Positions 51,701 through 64,000 of a stretch of 64,000 bases of DNA are shown in pieces. Within the stretch, counting starts at the first letter, position 1, and every line of letters begins with the position of its first letter. Source of the stretch: Lama glama (taxonomy: Eukaryota); contig CM052818.1 of the NCBI GenBank assembly GCA_028534125.1, forward strand, positions 21,764,001 to 21,828,000. The letters are read 5' to 3'. A model generated the notes under the pieces. That model had not been told where the DNA came from. It saw only the letters and a program-made list of their open reading frames with translations, and searched no databases. The translations under genes were made by a program, and so were the position numbers.

Positions 51701-54700
51701 GGGGTACAGATACATACAAACTCTCTATCTTAGGCTGCACGGAAAGGTATAAAATAAAGGGAATAGTTTTTTGAGTCATTCTGACTTAGATTCAAATTCC
51801 TGTTACTCGGTTTATCTAGCTGTGCAACCTGGGCAAGCTACTCCATCTCACTAAGTCTTAGTCTTCTCTGTAAAAGAAGGGTGTTGAGGAGATAACCTAT
51901 GATCAATATTTAGATACAGACAAACAGATACGGCTTGGCACAAGTAGGAGGAAGTAGGTGTATACAAGTTTCCCCTTTTCCCTTGGAAAACTTTACTTAC
52001 ACAGCTACTTGATCAGTGGTGTACTAATTCAAAAGCACTCTAAGTCTCCTTTGAAGGAAGAACTTCACATTTTGGCACAGAAAATACAAAGCTCAAAAAA
52101 GAAACTTCCATACCAATTAGCAACCTCTAATTATTTTTTGAAATATATGGCTTCAGGATAGTCTTAGCAAACTAGTAGAAAGAAAGAAATAGAAATATTT
52201 TTTATTTAACTAGTATTTATTGAACTCTCACCATGTGCCAGGCACTGCTATAGGTGCTGGGACTACAGCCATAAATAAACAAGATAAAGTTCCAGATCTC
52301 AGAGAATGTACATTCTAGTTATAAAACCAAGCTAGCATTTAGAGGAAGAAAAGGGGGTGGACCAGGAGTGATCTCATATAACAACAACTTAGAACAAACG
52401 TAATTTTATTTTTTCTGGTCCTCTAGGAGATTATCCTTTTGGGGTTACAAACTTGTTTGAGGAACTGATGACATAACTCTAAATCATTAGAGAATGTGTA
52501 TGCACACACATAAATATATCTGCAAAGACTTTTGGGAGGTTCACAAACCCCCTTATGCTAGAAGTTTTTTCACAGATTTTGATTTTAAAGCTGGGAAAAT
52601 ATCAATATTGCTTACATTAACTGAACATATTCTAAAAAGTTGAACTAAAAAATAACTTAATAGTGAACTTTCTGAATATATTTTAAATGACCTAAGTTGA
52701 CATATATCCAACTCAGCTTTTAAAAATACATTTATTAACCAAAAGATTTTAATATAAGAAAAATAGATGAATCTCTATCTCTAATGGTACTGTGTATAGG
52801 CATTTACAGCAGAAAAATTCTGTATGTGATACAAAGTAGACATTTTAGGAATCTAAACAATCGCTGTTAACTCTGGCTAGCTTCTTTTAAAGAAAAAAAA
52901 CTGAATAAAAATTATTTTTGTTATTTAAGCAAAATTGTTTTAAATAATACCTCCCAAGTGTCTTCTCCTCTGCATTTCTACCAGACTTTTGTCTTTCCCA
53001 TTCTGCAAGTTACCTGTATCAGCTCCTGCCACTGTGTACTTCCTGGCAACATCTTCCAGATGGCACAGATCTAACCAAGTTGAAAAGCATTTGCGAAGCA
53101 CTTCTGTGCCTAACTCACTGCTTTAGTAGGTCAAGTTAAGAGCTAAGAATTTAATCAAACATCTATAATTTCTTCATTTTATGTTTCTTTTATATTTTTA
53201 GTACATTTCTGCTACTTGTGATTATTGTTCAACATTTTTCCAAGGTCATAATTACTCTGAAAGGGTAATGTTTCCTAAAATGGGATTCTGGGCTGCAAAA
53301 GTGAGGTTTTTTTTTTTTTTTTAAACAACAAATAGGAAAGGTTCTCAAATCCACACATCTATCTCTAATGATGGGTTTACACTCATGTGATCTCTGCAAT
53401 CATTTCACAACTATTTGACTTCCAGCCTCTCTTTAATCTAATACTGCACACTTCTAACAGAGTAAAATACCACAGATATCCACAGATATTCCTTTGAGTC
53501 TATCATTTTAATGCTCCAAACATATGGTGGCTCCTCACTTTAAAACACAAAGTTCAAAAGTCCTCTCTAGTCTCTCCAGAAATACTTCTGGCACCTGAAT
53601 TCTTTGTCACCACTGCAGTTCTCTGCTCTAGCCAAAATGATGTTCTTCCTTTCAAAGAACCATTACCTTCCTCCTTTCATTTCTGCCATTCAAACCATTC
53701 TTCAAATCCCATTTTCTCTCTGAAAATCTGACTTTGCAAGCAATCATTGTACAATACATATGGCAATTAATCACATTCTATATTTCATCATCTTTTTATT
53801 CTTTAGTAAATAATGTGAAACCATTTATTATTTACCTTTTGTTTTAAATCTACATTGCCAGCTGCACTGAGAGTAGGGATGGGGGACCATGCCTTACGTT
53901 TTGTGATCAGTCTCCTCCCCACATCAATTCACTACATGGTAGATTGTCAGTGCTTGATCTTAGAAAGTTTATATATAAAGGTAATTAACTATACATCTCC
54001 TTAATTTATACAGTCATATAATAATCATATTTAAGGCAATTTAATATTCTGAGCATCTCCCCTCAGTTTCATGGTTCTGTTGCCTATTTATTCACAGTTT
54101 ATATAGCTGCTATGTATAAGCATCTCCTATTTTTTTTTTTAAAAGCTTCAAATTCATCCTTGGTATGTTAAACAGAAATTTCGGGTTATAAAACTTTTTT
54201 TTTTTTTTGGAGTAAAAGCTGCCAACTTTCTTGAGAGACCAAGAAATTCAGCGAAGTATAATGAAATAATTTTTCCCGATTACACACAAAGGTTGAATTT
54301 GCAAAAACATAAGGAAACAGGAGTACTTATAAGGCCAATAATCAATAACTATTTGAGGGCTTATTTCCTCTAAACATGGTGGCGAATGCTGTGAAGAATC
54401 TATGGCTAGCTGAAGAGGTAAGACTCTCTTTACCTCCCAATTACCACCATCTTTTTAGCTGTTATCAACATCCTATTCTCATTTCTTTTAGGATTCTCTA
54501 AATGCATTACATAACATATCTTTAATTTCCACAGCTTTGAATATAATTCTTAATACTATGAGGCACCTGTCACAAAATGAAGACTCATAATCACTGCTCC
54601 AGACCAAGATATAAATTGTTAGTAGTAATATATAGCATCACTGTGATTCCACTAACTAAAATGTATACTTGTAAAATTTCCCCTTTTGTCAGAATACTTT

Positions 54701-55612
54701 TTATTGTTAAGAAAAAAATAAATTATGTGAGACTTCTGTGCAATAAAGAACCCTGGGAAAACAGTGCAATTGAGATGATATATAATTTTTCCCAGTGACT
54801 AATGTCTCTCTCAAGACCTGCCAAGAGGAGCTGGAGACTCAGAAGGTGAGTCTATTTCTTCTCAACAAGTTTCATTATTAAGTTTGGCTCCCTTAAATCT
54901 TTGCAGCATACATGTTAAAAATTAAATTATTCATTTTTAGATGTCCAAAAACCTTGAAAACTCTATGAGAAGATAGTTACTTGAAGTACTGACTTTGAAA
55001 TTTAGGGCAATTTTTTAAAATGACACTGTTTTGACTTCTGGTACTAATACTAAAATAAAACAAACTACGGAGGAGCAGCAGACAGCTCATCCATATTCCT
55101 AAGGAAGGTAAAGGGACAGACAAAGCGTTTTGCTCTGGTGAAGCACAGCAGGGTACAACAAAAATGGTTACCCCAGTTCAACACACAACCCACAGCACAG
55201 TAAGAATATTAGAAAGAAATTATCCTCAGGTGTTCAACTGGGCACACAGGGGCACTGAAAGGTCGGGTCTTTAAAATAATAACTGATTTTTATCACTGTC
55301 AGTGATGGTAGCAGCCTGCTGGAGAAGAAACTAAGATACTGCAAAGCACATTTTTTGACTCAAAATTAAGGCTTAAGGGAAGAGAAGAAGGAAAGGCAGA
55401 CACACAGGGAGAAAGTAAGTACAGCCCAAACAAAAGGGTATTTGATGCCCATTAAGTGACAACAAACCTATCTACAAAGCAGAACTTTCTCTCTACCTCG
55501 ACTTCATACATTTCTTTAAACTTTAACTGCCTCCTTAAAATGAAAAGCAGTCATAAATTATTATAGATTTCATTGTGTGAATCCATTCATATCTAGCATT
55601 TATATTACAAAG

Positions 55613-55648
55613 TTATTTAAAATACTTAAGAAATAAAATAAAACTTAC
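55613..55648 (-). CDS. PPM1B: PPM1B intron-5 read-through tail (mouse beta-2-like)
   Basis: Reading past the exon 5 donor gives GTA AGT TTT ATT TTA TTT CTT AAG TAT TTT AAA TAA = VSFILFLKYFK*, compared with mouse VSLHLFPKYLK as recalled. Confidence 0.5.
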   Translation of the reverse strand, partial: VSFILFLKYFK

Positions 55649-55706
55649 CCCATCACTCTCTCTATGTGGATTCAGCCTACTATAAACAGCTTCAATAACG
55701 TTGCGC
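55649..55706 (-). CDS. PPM1B: PPM1B coding exon 5 (last common exon)
   Basis: Acceptor tttttag|GCGC, donor GGG|gtaagt; 58 nt; (K)RNVIEAVYSRLNPHRESDG; ends in phase 0. Confidence 0.96.
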
Positions 55707-56099
55707 CTAAAAAAAATTATGCTTTAGTTTTATTAAGTTACATACAATTATTATTAAGCCTCTAAGTATTTAAAATAATACTTCACATCTTGACTATACT
55801 CAAAAAAAATTAACTGCTGCACTAAATACTTGCCAAGAACACAGTTTATGAATTTCATGCAGAATTTGATCCTGCACAATCCATTTCTCACTTACCAAGG
55901 AAAGAAGGGCCTTCATCCTCAAAGAGTAAAATAAATAATTCCTTTAAAAAATTCTCTTTTGGATGGAATTTTAGAGTTCTTCTCTGATATAAGAACTATC
56001 AACCCACTTCATGTTTAGATAATTGATGTACTTCTTCCTAAAATTATTTAATTACTAAGTATAAATGAAGTCAAAATTAGTTCTTTTTGTTCTACTTAC

Positions 56100-56211
56100 T
56101 TGCCAGCAAGACCTCCCCCAGGAGGCAAATTTGGGATATTTTCTGCAGACAAGATGCGCACGACATGGGCAAGATCAGGCATTCCTCCCTCACCAGACTT
56201 CTTCATAATTT
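56100..56211 (-). CDS. PPM1B: PPM1B coding exon 4
   Basis: Acceptor ctacag|AAATT, donor GCAA|gtaagt; 112 nt; (E)[36 protein letters not shown](K). Confidence 0.96.
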
Positions 56212-57289
56212 CTGTAGGTTTTGAAAAAGAGTTTCTAAATTAATGTGATAACTCCTATTCACAAAGTGAAACGAGCTACTATTGGGTAGTGCCTATTTTA
56301 AAATATGAAAAGCAGATATCACCTTACTACCACACAAGGAACAAAAAAAGATTAAAAGTTATTTGCATATATATGCTCTAGCACTATTCATAAAAGCAAA
56401 AATTGGAACAAATTAAATGTCCAATAAAGGGACAGTTAAGAAAATTTGTGTATAGCCACTGAGAGAAATGGTTTTTAATCACTAAAAATGATCCCTATGA
56501 ACATAGCACAGCTACATGGAAAAACAGTTTTTTTCTATTCTATGTAAAAATATAAAAGTTATTAATACTGTAATTCAAGGAAAACAAAAGCAATGGATGG
56601 ATAAGGATTATAAAGAGAAAGGGGAAAATTAAAGTGTTTTTACAGATTTTTTGATGCCTAAATAGTTATGCTCCACAATAATTTAAAACAAAAAAGAAAA
56701 ATAAATCTCAGAACTTGCTAATATTGAGAACAAAATAAAACATTTACATGTTCCATTTATACTTGCAATTTACGGAAAACAGATTTTTAAGGCATAATTA
56801 TTTGGCCAGTATCAACACATAAACTCCTCAAAAATCAGACAATGGCAACTTACTTTTAAGACAACAAAGAGCAGTGTCCTAAGCAGCCGTCAAGATGCAA
56901 AATCCAAACTGTTTCCCATGTCTCACAAGGCCCCCGACCATGACCTTAACTTTCACCACTCCCATTCAACTCTGCTCAACTCCCACCTCGCATCTCCAAA
57001 GACTCTATTCAAAGAAGCCTTCTACATGTCTAGATTTTCACATATACTTCCTCTCTCGCTTTGGAACACTTTTTACACCAATCCAACCAACTCCTTTGTA
57101 TGGTTAAACTGTATTCATCCTTCAGGTTTCAATTTATATGTCACTATGTCAAATTCTTCTCTGACCCAAACCTGGCATAGGTGTATTGCTACATACTCCC
57201 ACTGTACACGAGGTTTCCTGTATCATAGACTGCAACCTTCAGGAAGGCAGCACTGCAATTTTTCTACATTACACTTGTATCTTTGTATT

Positions 57290-58180
57290 CAGGGTTTCTC
57301 ATCCTCAGCATTACTGATATTTTGGACAATTAGTGTGTGTGCGTGTGAAGGCTGTTTTGCACTACAGAATGTAACATCCTGATCTCACTCACTAGATCCC
57401 AGTGGCATTGCCTCAGTTATGACACCAAAATGTCTCCAGGCATTGCCACATGTCTCCTTAGGGGAAAAAAATCTCCCCCAAATGAGACCCACTGTGGTCT
57501 AGCCCTTTACCAACCAATCTTCACACCCTTCCACTAGTGCCGCTGCAGCCGAATCCACCCCCATCATCTGCCCCCTGTATTGATGCATGATTCCTAACTG
57601 GTCTCTATGCTTCCTCTCTTGTCCCCTCTTTACAATCTCTTCTTCACAAAGCAACTGAGAGGGCCCCTTTAAAAAAGTCAGTTCATGTCACTCTTGCACT
57701 CAAAATCTTCCAGTGACTTCCCATCACCATTTGAATAAAGTCCAAAGTCCTCATTTTGGTCTGCAGACCTACATGATCTGCTTCTCAGCAACCTCTCTCT
57801 CCTAGTCTTACACTTTTCTACCAGTTTATCCTAATCCAGCCACACACTCTAATCACATTCCCTCCTCAGTCTCTGCTGCTCCCTTTGCCTCCAATGTTCC
57901 TCCCTCAGATAGCCACTCTCTCCCACACACAGGCATCTGCTCAAGCGTTTTTCCTCACAGAGACCCTTGTAACCAATATTCCTTGTTAATATCTGCTTCT
58001 TGCTTTGTTTTTCTTCAACTTAAAAAAAAAACTACTGGTTTCTACTAGAACATAAACTCCATGAGATCAAGAACGTATTTGCTTTGTTTTCTGTTCCATC
58101 CCCAGTGACACACATGCTCAGGGAAAGCTGAAGAAGAGAATACATGCAGAAGGCACTCACCAAATACCTAATTAATCAAT
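57290..58180. mobile_element. MER20 (about 57290-57500) followed by an L2 fragment
   Basis: tttctcatcctcagcattactgatatttt...aaatgtctccaggcattgcca; L2 text taactggtctc...catgtcactc...ctagaacataaactccatgag. Confidence 0.75.
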
Positions 58181-59924
58181 TTAGGTTAAAGACTAGTCCC
58201 TGTTCATTTTAGCATCACACCTCACCCTCCCACTCCCACTAAAAACACATACACAGATTTGCCAATACACCAGAATGGTTTTACCTCAAAATTTTAATGT
58301 CAGACTACATGATTTAAAACCCTAACAGAAATACAATGCTCTTGAAGACACTGTCTTATAGAAAAGTTAGGTACCAGGGAATACTGACTTATAGTGGCTG
58401 CTTTTGTCAAGGATGTTTAAGTCTTTTTTGACTGAGTGATTAGAATCAAGCATTTGTCACAGGCCCCCGAGATCATTTCATAATATTACCTGTCATCTCT
58501 GCCACATAATATTTATTTTGGAAAATTAAAATTACGTAAAAGAAAATTAATACCGAATGTTAACAACCTATATTGAGCTGAACTGACCTCATATTTAAGA
58601 AATTAAAATTTAGCTGTTACACAAGAGTTAATAAAAGCTATGGTTTGCTGAAGATTTATTTGTTAGGCACCATATCAGGTACTTAACAAAGTTATCTCAT
58701 TCATTTATAAAAACAACCTCCATGGTTGGTGTTTTTATCTTTAGTTCATAATAAAGAAGGGAGCCTTAAGAGATTAGGCAAGTTAGCCAAGATCACATAA
58801 TAAGTAGGCTAACCAAAATGAAGAGTTCTTCCCCAAATGAAAACTATCTAATTTCCTTTTTATGAATGAGGAAATAGGACAATAAGAAAACACTTCTTGT
58901 CTTCTGATAAACTTGAACCAGCAATCACCCACCCAAACACAACAGAGCTTATCAGAAAATGGGTATTATTAACAACTTCTATAAACAGCTCCTCTTATTA
59001 TCAACAGAAATAAGAGAGCCTCTGACATGGTCTTCAAAGTGTTCACATATGTTTCGTATCTTTCCATTATCCTGAAAGCAGAGCTCACAATTCAGAGCTC
59101 AAGAAATTACAGATCAACAGAAAAACTCTTTAAGCACCTTGCTTAGGGTTTGACAGCTGTAAATTCAGAAAAGATAAATCTGCCCCCCTCCCCAAAGCTG
59201 CAGAAGAATGTAATTTTCCTTCAGTAATTACACATTTGAAGTTACAAATCTTCACATTTCAAAACTCTACCATTTACTATAGCTACATATTTGGACGTAT
59301 GTCCAAAATATGACTAATAGGCTAAATTCAACAAGCCTACTACACCATAATCATTCAAATTTATCATTAAAAATAATAACAGGTCATAAAAGTATAACAA
59401 AAATATAGGTCAGTATGTAACCCTGAATTGAGGAAATAATTTTGTAAGAATGATTATCAACTAGGGGGTGGGGGGTTGAAAGAGGGGGTGAGGAGAAAGG
59501 AAGGAGAGATATACTATAACTTTGTAAAAAGTAATTTTACATCTTAAGAACAGCACATATAAAATCAAAATGAAGTATTAAGTTCATTTTCAATATCAGT
59601 CTCTAACATGTATTCTCTATCAAGGTAACCACTAAATGAATTTTTAAAAGAATGAATATTAATAAGCAAATGCAGGGATAAACTGGAATAGAAAATAGTG
59701 ACTAATCCAAAAGGCAAGAAGGAGAAAAAGGGAAAAAGAATAGGTGGAACATATGTAAACAAACAAGATGATAGATTTAAACCCAAACATATCAGCAACA
59801 ATATTAAACAGACAAGCTTCTCCACTCCCTCATTCCTGAATAATGGATTTTTAGCCCAAAGAACTTAACACAATTTTAAAAGAATTACCTGATTAAAAAA
59901 TGCTATTTTTCCTTTCCTTCTTAA

Positions 59925-59978
59925 AAACAAAAGAAGAAAAAGAAAAAAAGAAAGAAAGAAAGAAAGAAAGAAAGAAAA
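59925..59978. repeat. (AAAG)n tract next to the PPM1B exon 3 donor
   Basis: Directly visible; reads (CTTT)n on the transcript from about 13 nt into the intron. Confidence 0.9.
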
Positions 59979-59991
59979 GCATCTTTCTTAC

Positions 59992-60109
59992 CTTCTACCC
60001 GTGATTCCAAGTACTTATCCAACTCTGAATCTTTTCTCACTGCTTCGTCTGAGACCTTGGGGGCATTTGAAAAGCAAACTAGTACAATACTCATGTTATC
60101 TCGACTTCC
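59992..60109 (-). CDS. PPM1B: PPM1B coding exon 3
   Basis: Acceptor atacag|GGAAGT, donor GAAG|gtaaga; 118 nt; [39 protein letters not shown], with the PP2C GSRDN metal-binding motif. Confidence 0.97.
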
Positions 60110-61414
60110 CTGTATATTAAAGAAAGAAAAAGAAAAACTGTGTTTTTACAGTCTCCCAACTTTGTATTATTTATTTCAAAACAGATTCAATCGCATCAAG
60201 CAATTATAATTTAATCATCTAATTGTACAGCCTTCACCTTCATTCCAAAGAACTGTTTGAAACACACCCGAAGAAGCAAGGACTCCAGGTATGGGTAGAT
60301 CTGTAATTATTCTATGACTTTTGATTCTGTATACCTCTTCTCATCCACCACCATTCCACAACCTGAGAAATAAGGTATCTTCATACATATTAAATCTTGA
60401 AATCTACTTCCTATTCAAGATTGAATATTCCCAAAGTGATGCAGGTCCAAAACACTTCCTCCCAAAGAAATGTGCCATTTTCCCCTAATTAACCTGCATC
60501 AGGGCAATGCTACTGAAACTACTGACATAGCTGAAAACTGCTGATCATTAGACACTAAGACACTAAACTGAACAACAAGCAGAGAAGAAAAATTAAACTG
60601 GAAACTGTTTTGAGAGTATTGAACAATGGAATGTAACTGGATGACTGCGATACACTGTAGTTACATGTAATAATTTTTGAAGAAATGACATCACACTGTT
60701 ATACAGAATTACAAATAGTGTCAGGATCTGTAGAGAGCAGCTAAAAACTGCTAAATTAAGGACAAATTTTACTTACTGCTGCCTTTTAAATAACACCATC
60801 ACAAAAGATCTATATTAAAAAAAAGTACAGAATATATACTATGCTATTACCATGAGACTACAAGCAATAAATTTTAAACACTTTATTACTTTTCTTGTAG
60901 ATGTATTTAAGTTTCTTAGAACAGAATGAAACTATTCTTAGAATAGTGATTTAACACCGCCCCCCCTCTTTTCCATTCATCATTCTAAAAAACTAGTCAG
61001 TAAAGGTGGGATTTGCCAACCCAAGTGAAAAGAGCCAAGGCCACACCCATGCTAGTCTTTTCAGTCATTATGGCCAGAATTTTGGCAGGCATTGTTTGCT
61101 TAAGACTTGCCACCTTTTGGGGACCCACATGACACAGCCAAAGACTGAGGCAGCCCTTGAAAAACTGCTACCACCTCCTAAAACTCAATGGAGCCAAGTT
61201 TGAAGGCAGAAAAGGATGGATCTTAAGAAGACTTCAAAAAGAGTAACACTTCCCAGATTCTCATGCTTTAGAAGAATCGTTATGAGAAACAGATTCTCAA
61301 TATCTGGGGGAAAAAAAAATCAGTATTTCCAAATTAGCCCAAACAAATTTCATTCCTTAATGAAACCCACCAAACCCTTCATAATGACTTAAGATTAGAT
61401 ATACTACATTGGCT

Positions 61415-61520
61415 GTGTATACATACATATATATGTAGAGAGAGAGAGAGGGAGGGAGAGGGAGGGAGGGAGGGAGGGAGGGAGGGAGAGAGAGAGACAG
61501 ACGCACACAAACACACATAT
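61415..61520. repeat. Compound TA/GA/(GGGA)n/CA microsatellite
   Basis: Directly visible. Confidence 0.9.
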
Positions 61521-62379
61521 ATTAAAACTTGATGGTTCCAAATAGCAATACATTTCACAGGAATCAGAATTTACCATGGAAACTCAGGTCAGGCAAAAAC
61601 TCTACACCAGATACTCAAGAACCAATCATTCCTTGAATACCAATGATTTTTTAAAAGCAATTTTATGAATAAACAGAATTAACACCTTACATTTTTAGAA
61701 ATCCAGTTTCTTCTAACCATTTTCTAATTTGATAATAGGAGTATTCTTTAGCCATTCCTAATCTATTTATATATATATATAAAATTTCCATTAGATTTTT
61801 GTAAGTTATAAAATATACATCCCTATGATTTGGAAAATTAACTGAAAGATAGTTTCAAAAAGTTTAAATACCCAAAGATATTTAAAGGAAATAATTTACA
61901 TTAACACATCGGCATGTGTGATTTCAATGACGGTGCTTCTATTTCTGCATAAAGATGACTTTCCCCTAAACACAAAGTATAAGTATATTTGAGTAATTTT
62001 TATACAGCAATTGGAAAAGATCCTTCCCTTTATGCTCCTTTAAATTTTCTAGAGATAAATCATCCTTGCATAATCAGCATAAATTTTTTGTTAAGTCCAG
62101 AAATGAAATATGATTAACCAAAAAAAAAAAAAAAAAGGAAACAAAAAAACCTCCACCAAACCAGCTTGAACAACTAAGGCAATTAGCTAGATGTTTAAGA
62201 CTAATTATTTCAGTATCTTTCCTTTTTATTTTTTAAAAAAATTTTGACAAAAGCACAGCACTAGTATTCTACAGAATCAGAGCTTTAACAGACAATTATA
62301 GGTCAAAGTAGCAGTGGCCCTGCCGTAAGTAAGGATGCCTAAAATTAATGAGAAAATAATTTGATGCTGTTAGTTTGTT

Positions 62380-62617
62380 TTGAGAGCTTGTTTGGAGGTT
62401 CTAGCAGGGGAGCGCAGCTACTCGTATACCCTTGACCGAGAACGGTCCTCCTCTATCGGGGATGGCCGTCCTCTTCGACAGAGCGTGCAGCTTCCGGACG
62501 GACGCACATTGAGCGGTGAAGGAGGAAGGGGACACCCGCCTAGCTAGACAGATCAGCCGAATCAACTCTGGTGATCAGTGGGGTGACAGATGTCACAGCC
62601 AGATTGCCCTCACATCC
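62380..62617 (-). pseudogene. RN7SK-like pseudogene: 7SK RNA retrocopy, nt 1 to about 240, 3'-truncated, in PPM1B intron 2
   Basis: Minus strand begins GGATGTGAGGGCAATCTGGCTGTGACATCTGTCACCCC and ends CTGCTAGAACCTCCAAACAAGCTCTCAA. Shows CpG decay; no 3' hairpin and no poly(A) tail. Confidence 0.95.
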
Positions 62618-62634
62618 AGTTTCAGTTTTGGGCG

Positions 62635-62772
62635 TTTTTTTTTTCTTTACTTTTTTTTGGGTGGGGGCGTCAGTTTATTTGTTTGTTTGTTTTAAATGGA
62701 GGTACTGGGGATCAAACCCAGGACCTTGTGCATGCTAAGCTGGCACTCTACCATTGAGTTATACCTTCCCTC
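62635..62772 (-). mobile_element. tRNA-Ala-derived SINE (vic-1 type) immediately upstream of the 7SK copy
   Basis: Same body (GGTATAACTCAATGGTAGAGTG...GGGTTTGATCCCCAGTACCTCC) with an (AAAC)n/A-rich tail. Confidence 0.85.
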
Positions 62773-64000
62773 AACACTGTTACAAGTTGACTGCCTCATG
62801 GATTCAAAGAAGCATCCTGGATTAAGTGTTAACACAGCATATGAAATAGGTTGTGAACAGAATCTCTGTTACCATCAAAAGTTAACTAATGAGTATCTGA
62901 TAGGAAACGATCAGTATTCTTCATTTTTTAATCAATTTTTTAAAACCTGGCACTCACTGCAGTTATCTCACTTACATACAGTTCAAAAAACAGCCAAGCA
63001 TAAGGAATAGACCAAATTTTCACCTATCCATGAAAGATGAAGCCTATCATTACTTCCTTTCAAGAATACTCAATTCTACCATAACCTAATAGCCCGAACC
63101 TTTATTTCCTCCATACAAATTTATTTCTGTTTCATAATCATCATCAATAGCAGTAAAACTTATTGACGTCTGTAAACCAGATACTGTTCAGGCACTTGCC
63201 AAAAGCTTTATTTACTCTCAACTCCATGAAGAAGATATTATCATCTCTATTTTATAAGATGAAGAAGCTGAAGCTTTGCCCAAATTCATAGTAAGTGGCA
63301 CAGAATAACTTAAAACAGCTGTATGGTTCCAAAGCCTACATCCTAGTACTAAACCTGGGTTCTAAACAGTGCCAAGGAGCCCCAGAGGGTCATAGAGCAC
63401 TCAGAGTTATTTTAAAAGAGGAGGAAACAGCAGTACTCAACATCTGTAGAAACTAGCCCGCTGTAGTTCACACTTTTAACGTTAGATAGCGCTATATGCC
63501 TCTTGATGACATTCTATCTTTCCAAAGCTGAGGTTTTGGGGATTGCTGAATAAAAAGCAAATCCTCATAAAAGTCAATGTGTTACAGGAAACAAGGGTGG
63601 CAATGCCCAATGACTCCAAGGTTTGAGAAGTTGCGCAGTGTCCAACAAGTGCACACATCTCATTAGTATTTAACTGGAGTCTTTTAAAGAGTGAAATAAA
63701 ACATTTTTTCCATGTATGTGTATTATTCTGTTAAGACAGATCTACTCACTGAGTTTGGATCTAACTACTTAATACTTGTAACTGTCAAACATTAATAGGG
63801 CCAAGCAGCACTGTGAAAAAAAAAATTGAGATACTCAGGCACCATGAACCAAGGAAGTATGGGAATTTCTATACTACATATGATGTTCTTTTACACCCTT
63901 CTCTTCTATACTTCAAAATACCCAACCACACCCCACTCTAATATTATCTACGTCTACTTTTGCATTATTTATGATGATATTTGAAAACTATACGGAAAAA

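Noticed and set aside
56918..57382. 154-aa plus-strand ORF
   Set aside because: Runs through L2 and MER20 debris, antisense within a PPM1B intron.
62380..62617. Functional 7SK gene
   Set aside because: Truncated and mutated, with no upstream PSE/TATA promoter.

Overview
Mammalian genomic DNA, very likely from a camelid: it carries three copies of a short tRNA-Ala-derived vic-1-type SINE, but the species cannot be told. Two genes lie in tandem on the minus strand. The 3' half of PPM1B (PP2C-beta) covers coding exons 3-5 and several alternative terminal exons, about 60.1 kb down to 35.1 kb. After about 25 kb of repeat-rich spacer comes the 5' half of SLC3A1 (rBAT, cystinuria heavy chain): promoter and exons 1-4, 10.1 kb down to 0.55 kb. 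All constitutive exons have GT-AG boundaries, keep frame, and have lengths matching the human orthologues as I remember them. The rest is L1/L2/CR1/MIR, hAT DNA-transposon fossils, solo LTRs, microsatellites and a 3'-truncated 7SK retrocopy. I found no wholly new biological system. The best leads are: (1) a multi-way PPM1B C-terminal splicing switch, including a distal exon whose acceptor and first codons are also a CTCF-like motif, an acceptor with no pyrimidine tract, and a candidate in-frame/poison cassette exon; (2) a SINE-7SK tandem with no Pol III terminator between them; (3) an internally deleted L1 that keeps its 5' UTR; (4) CpG/GC gain and notable substitutions in SLC3A1. Human and mouse comparisons and repeat family names come from memory, and repeat boundaries are approximate.
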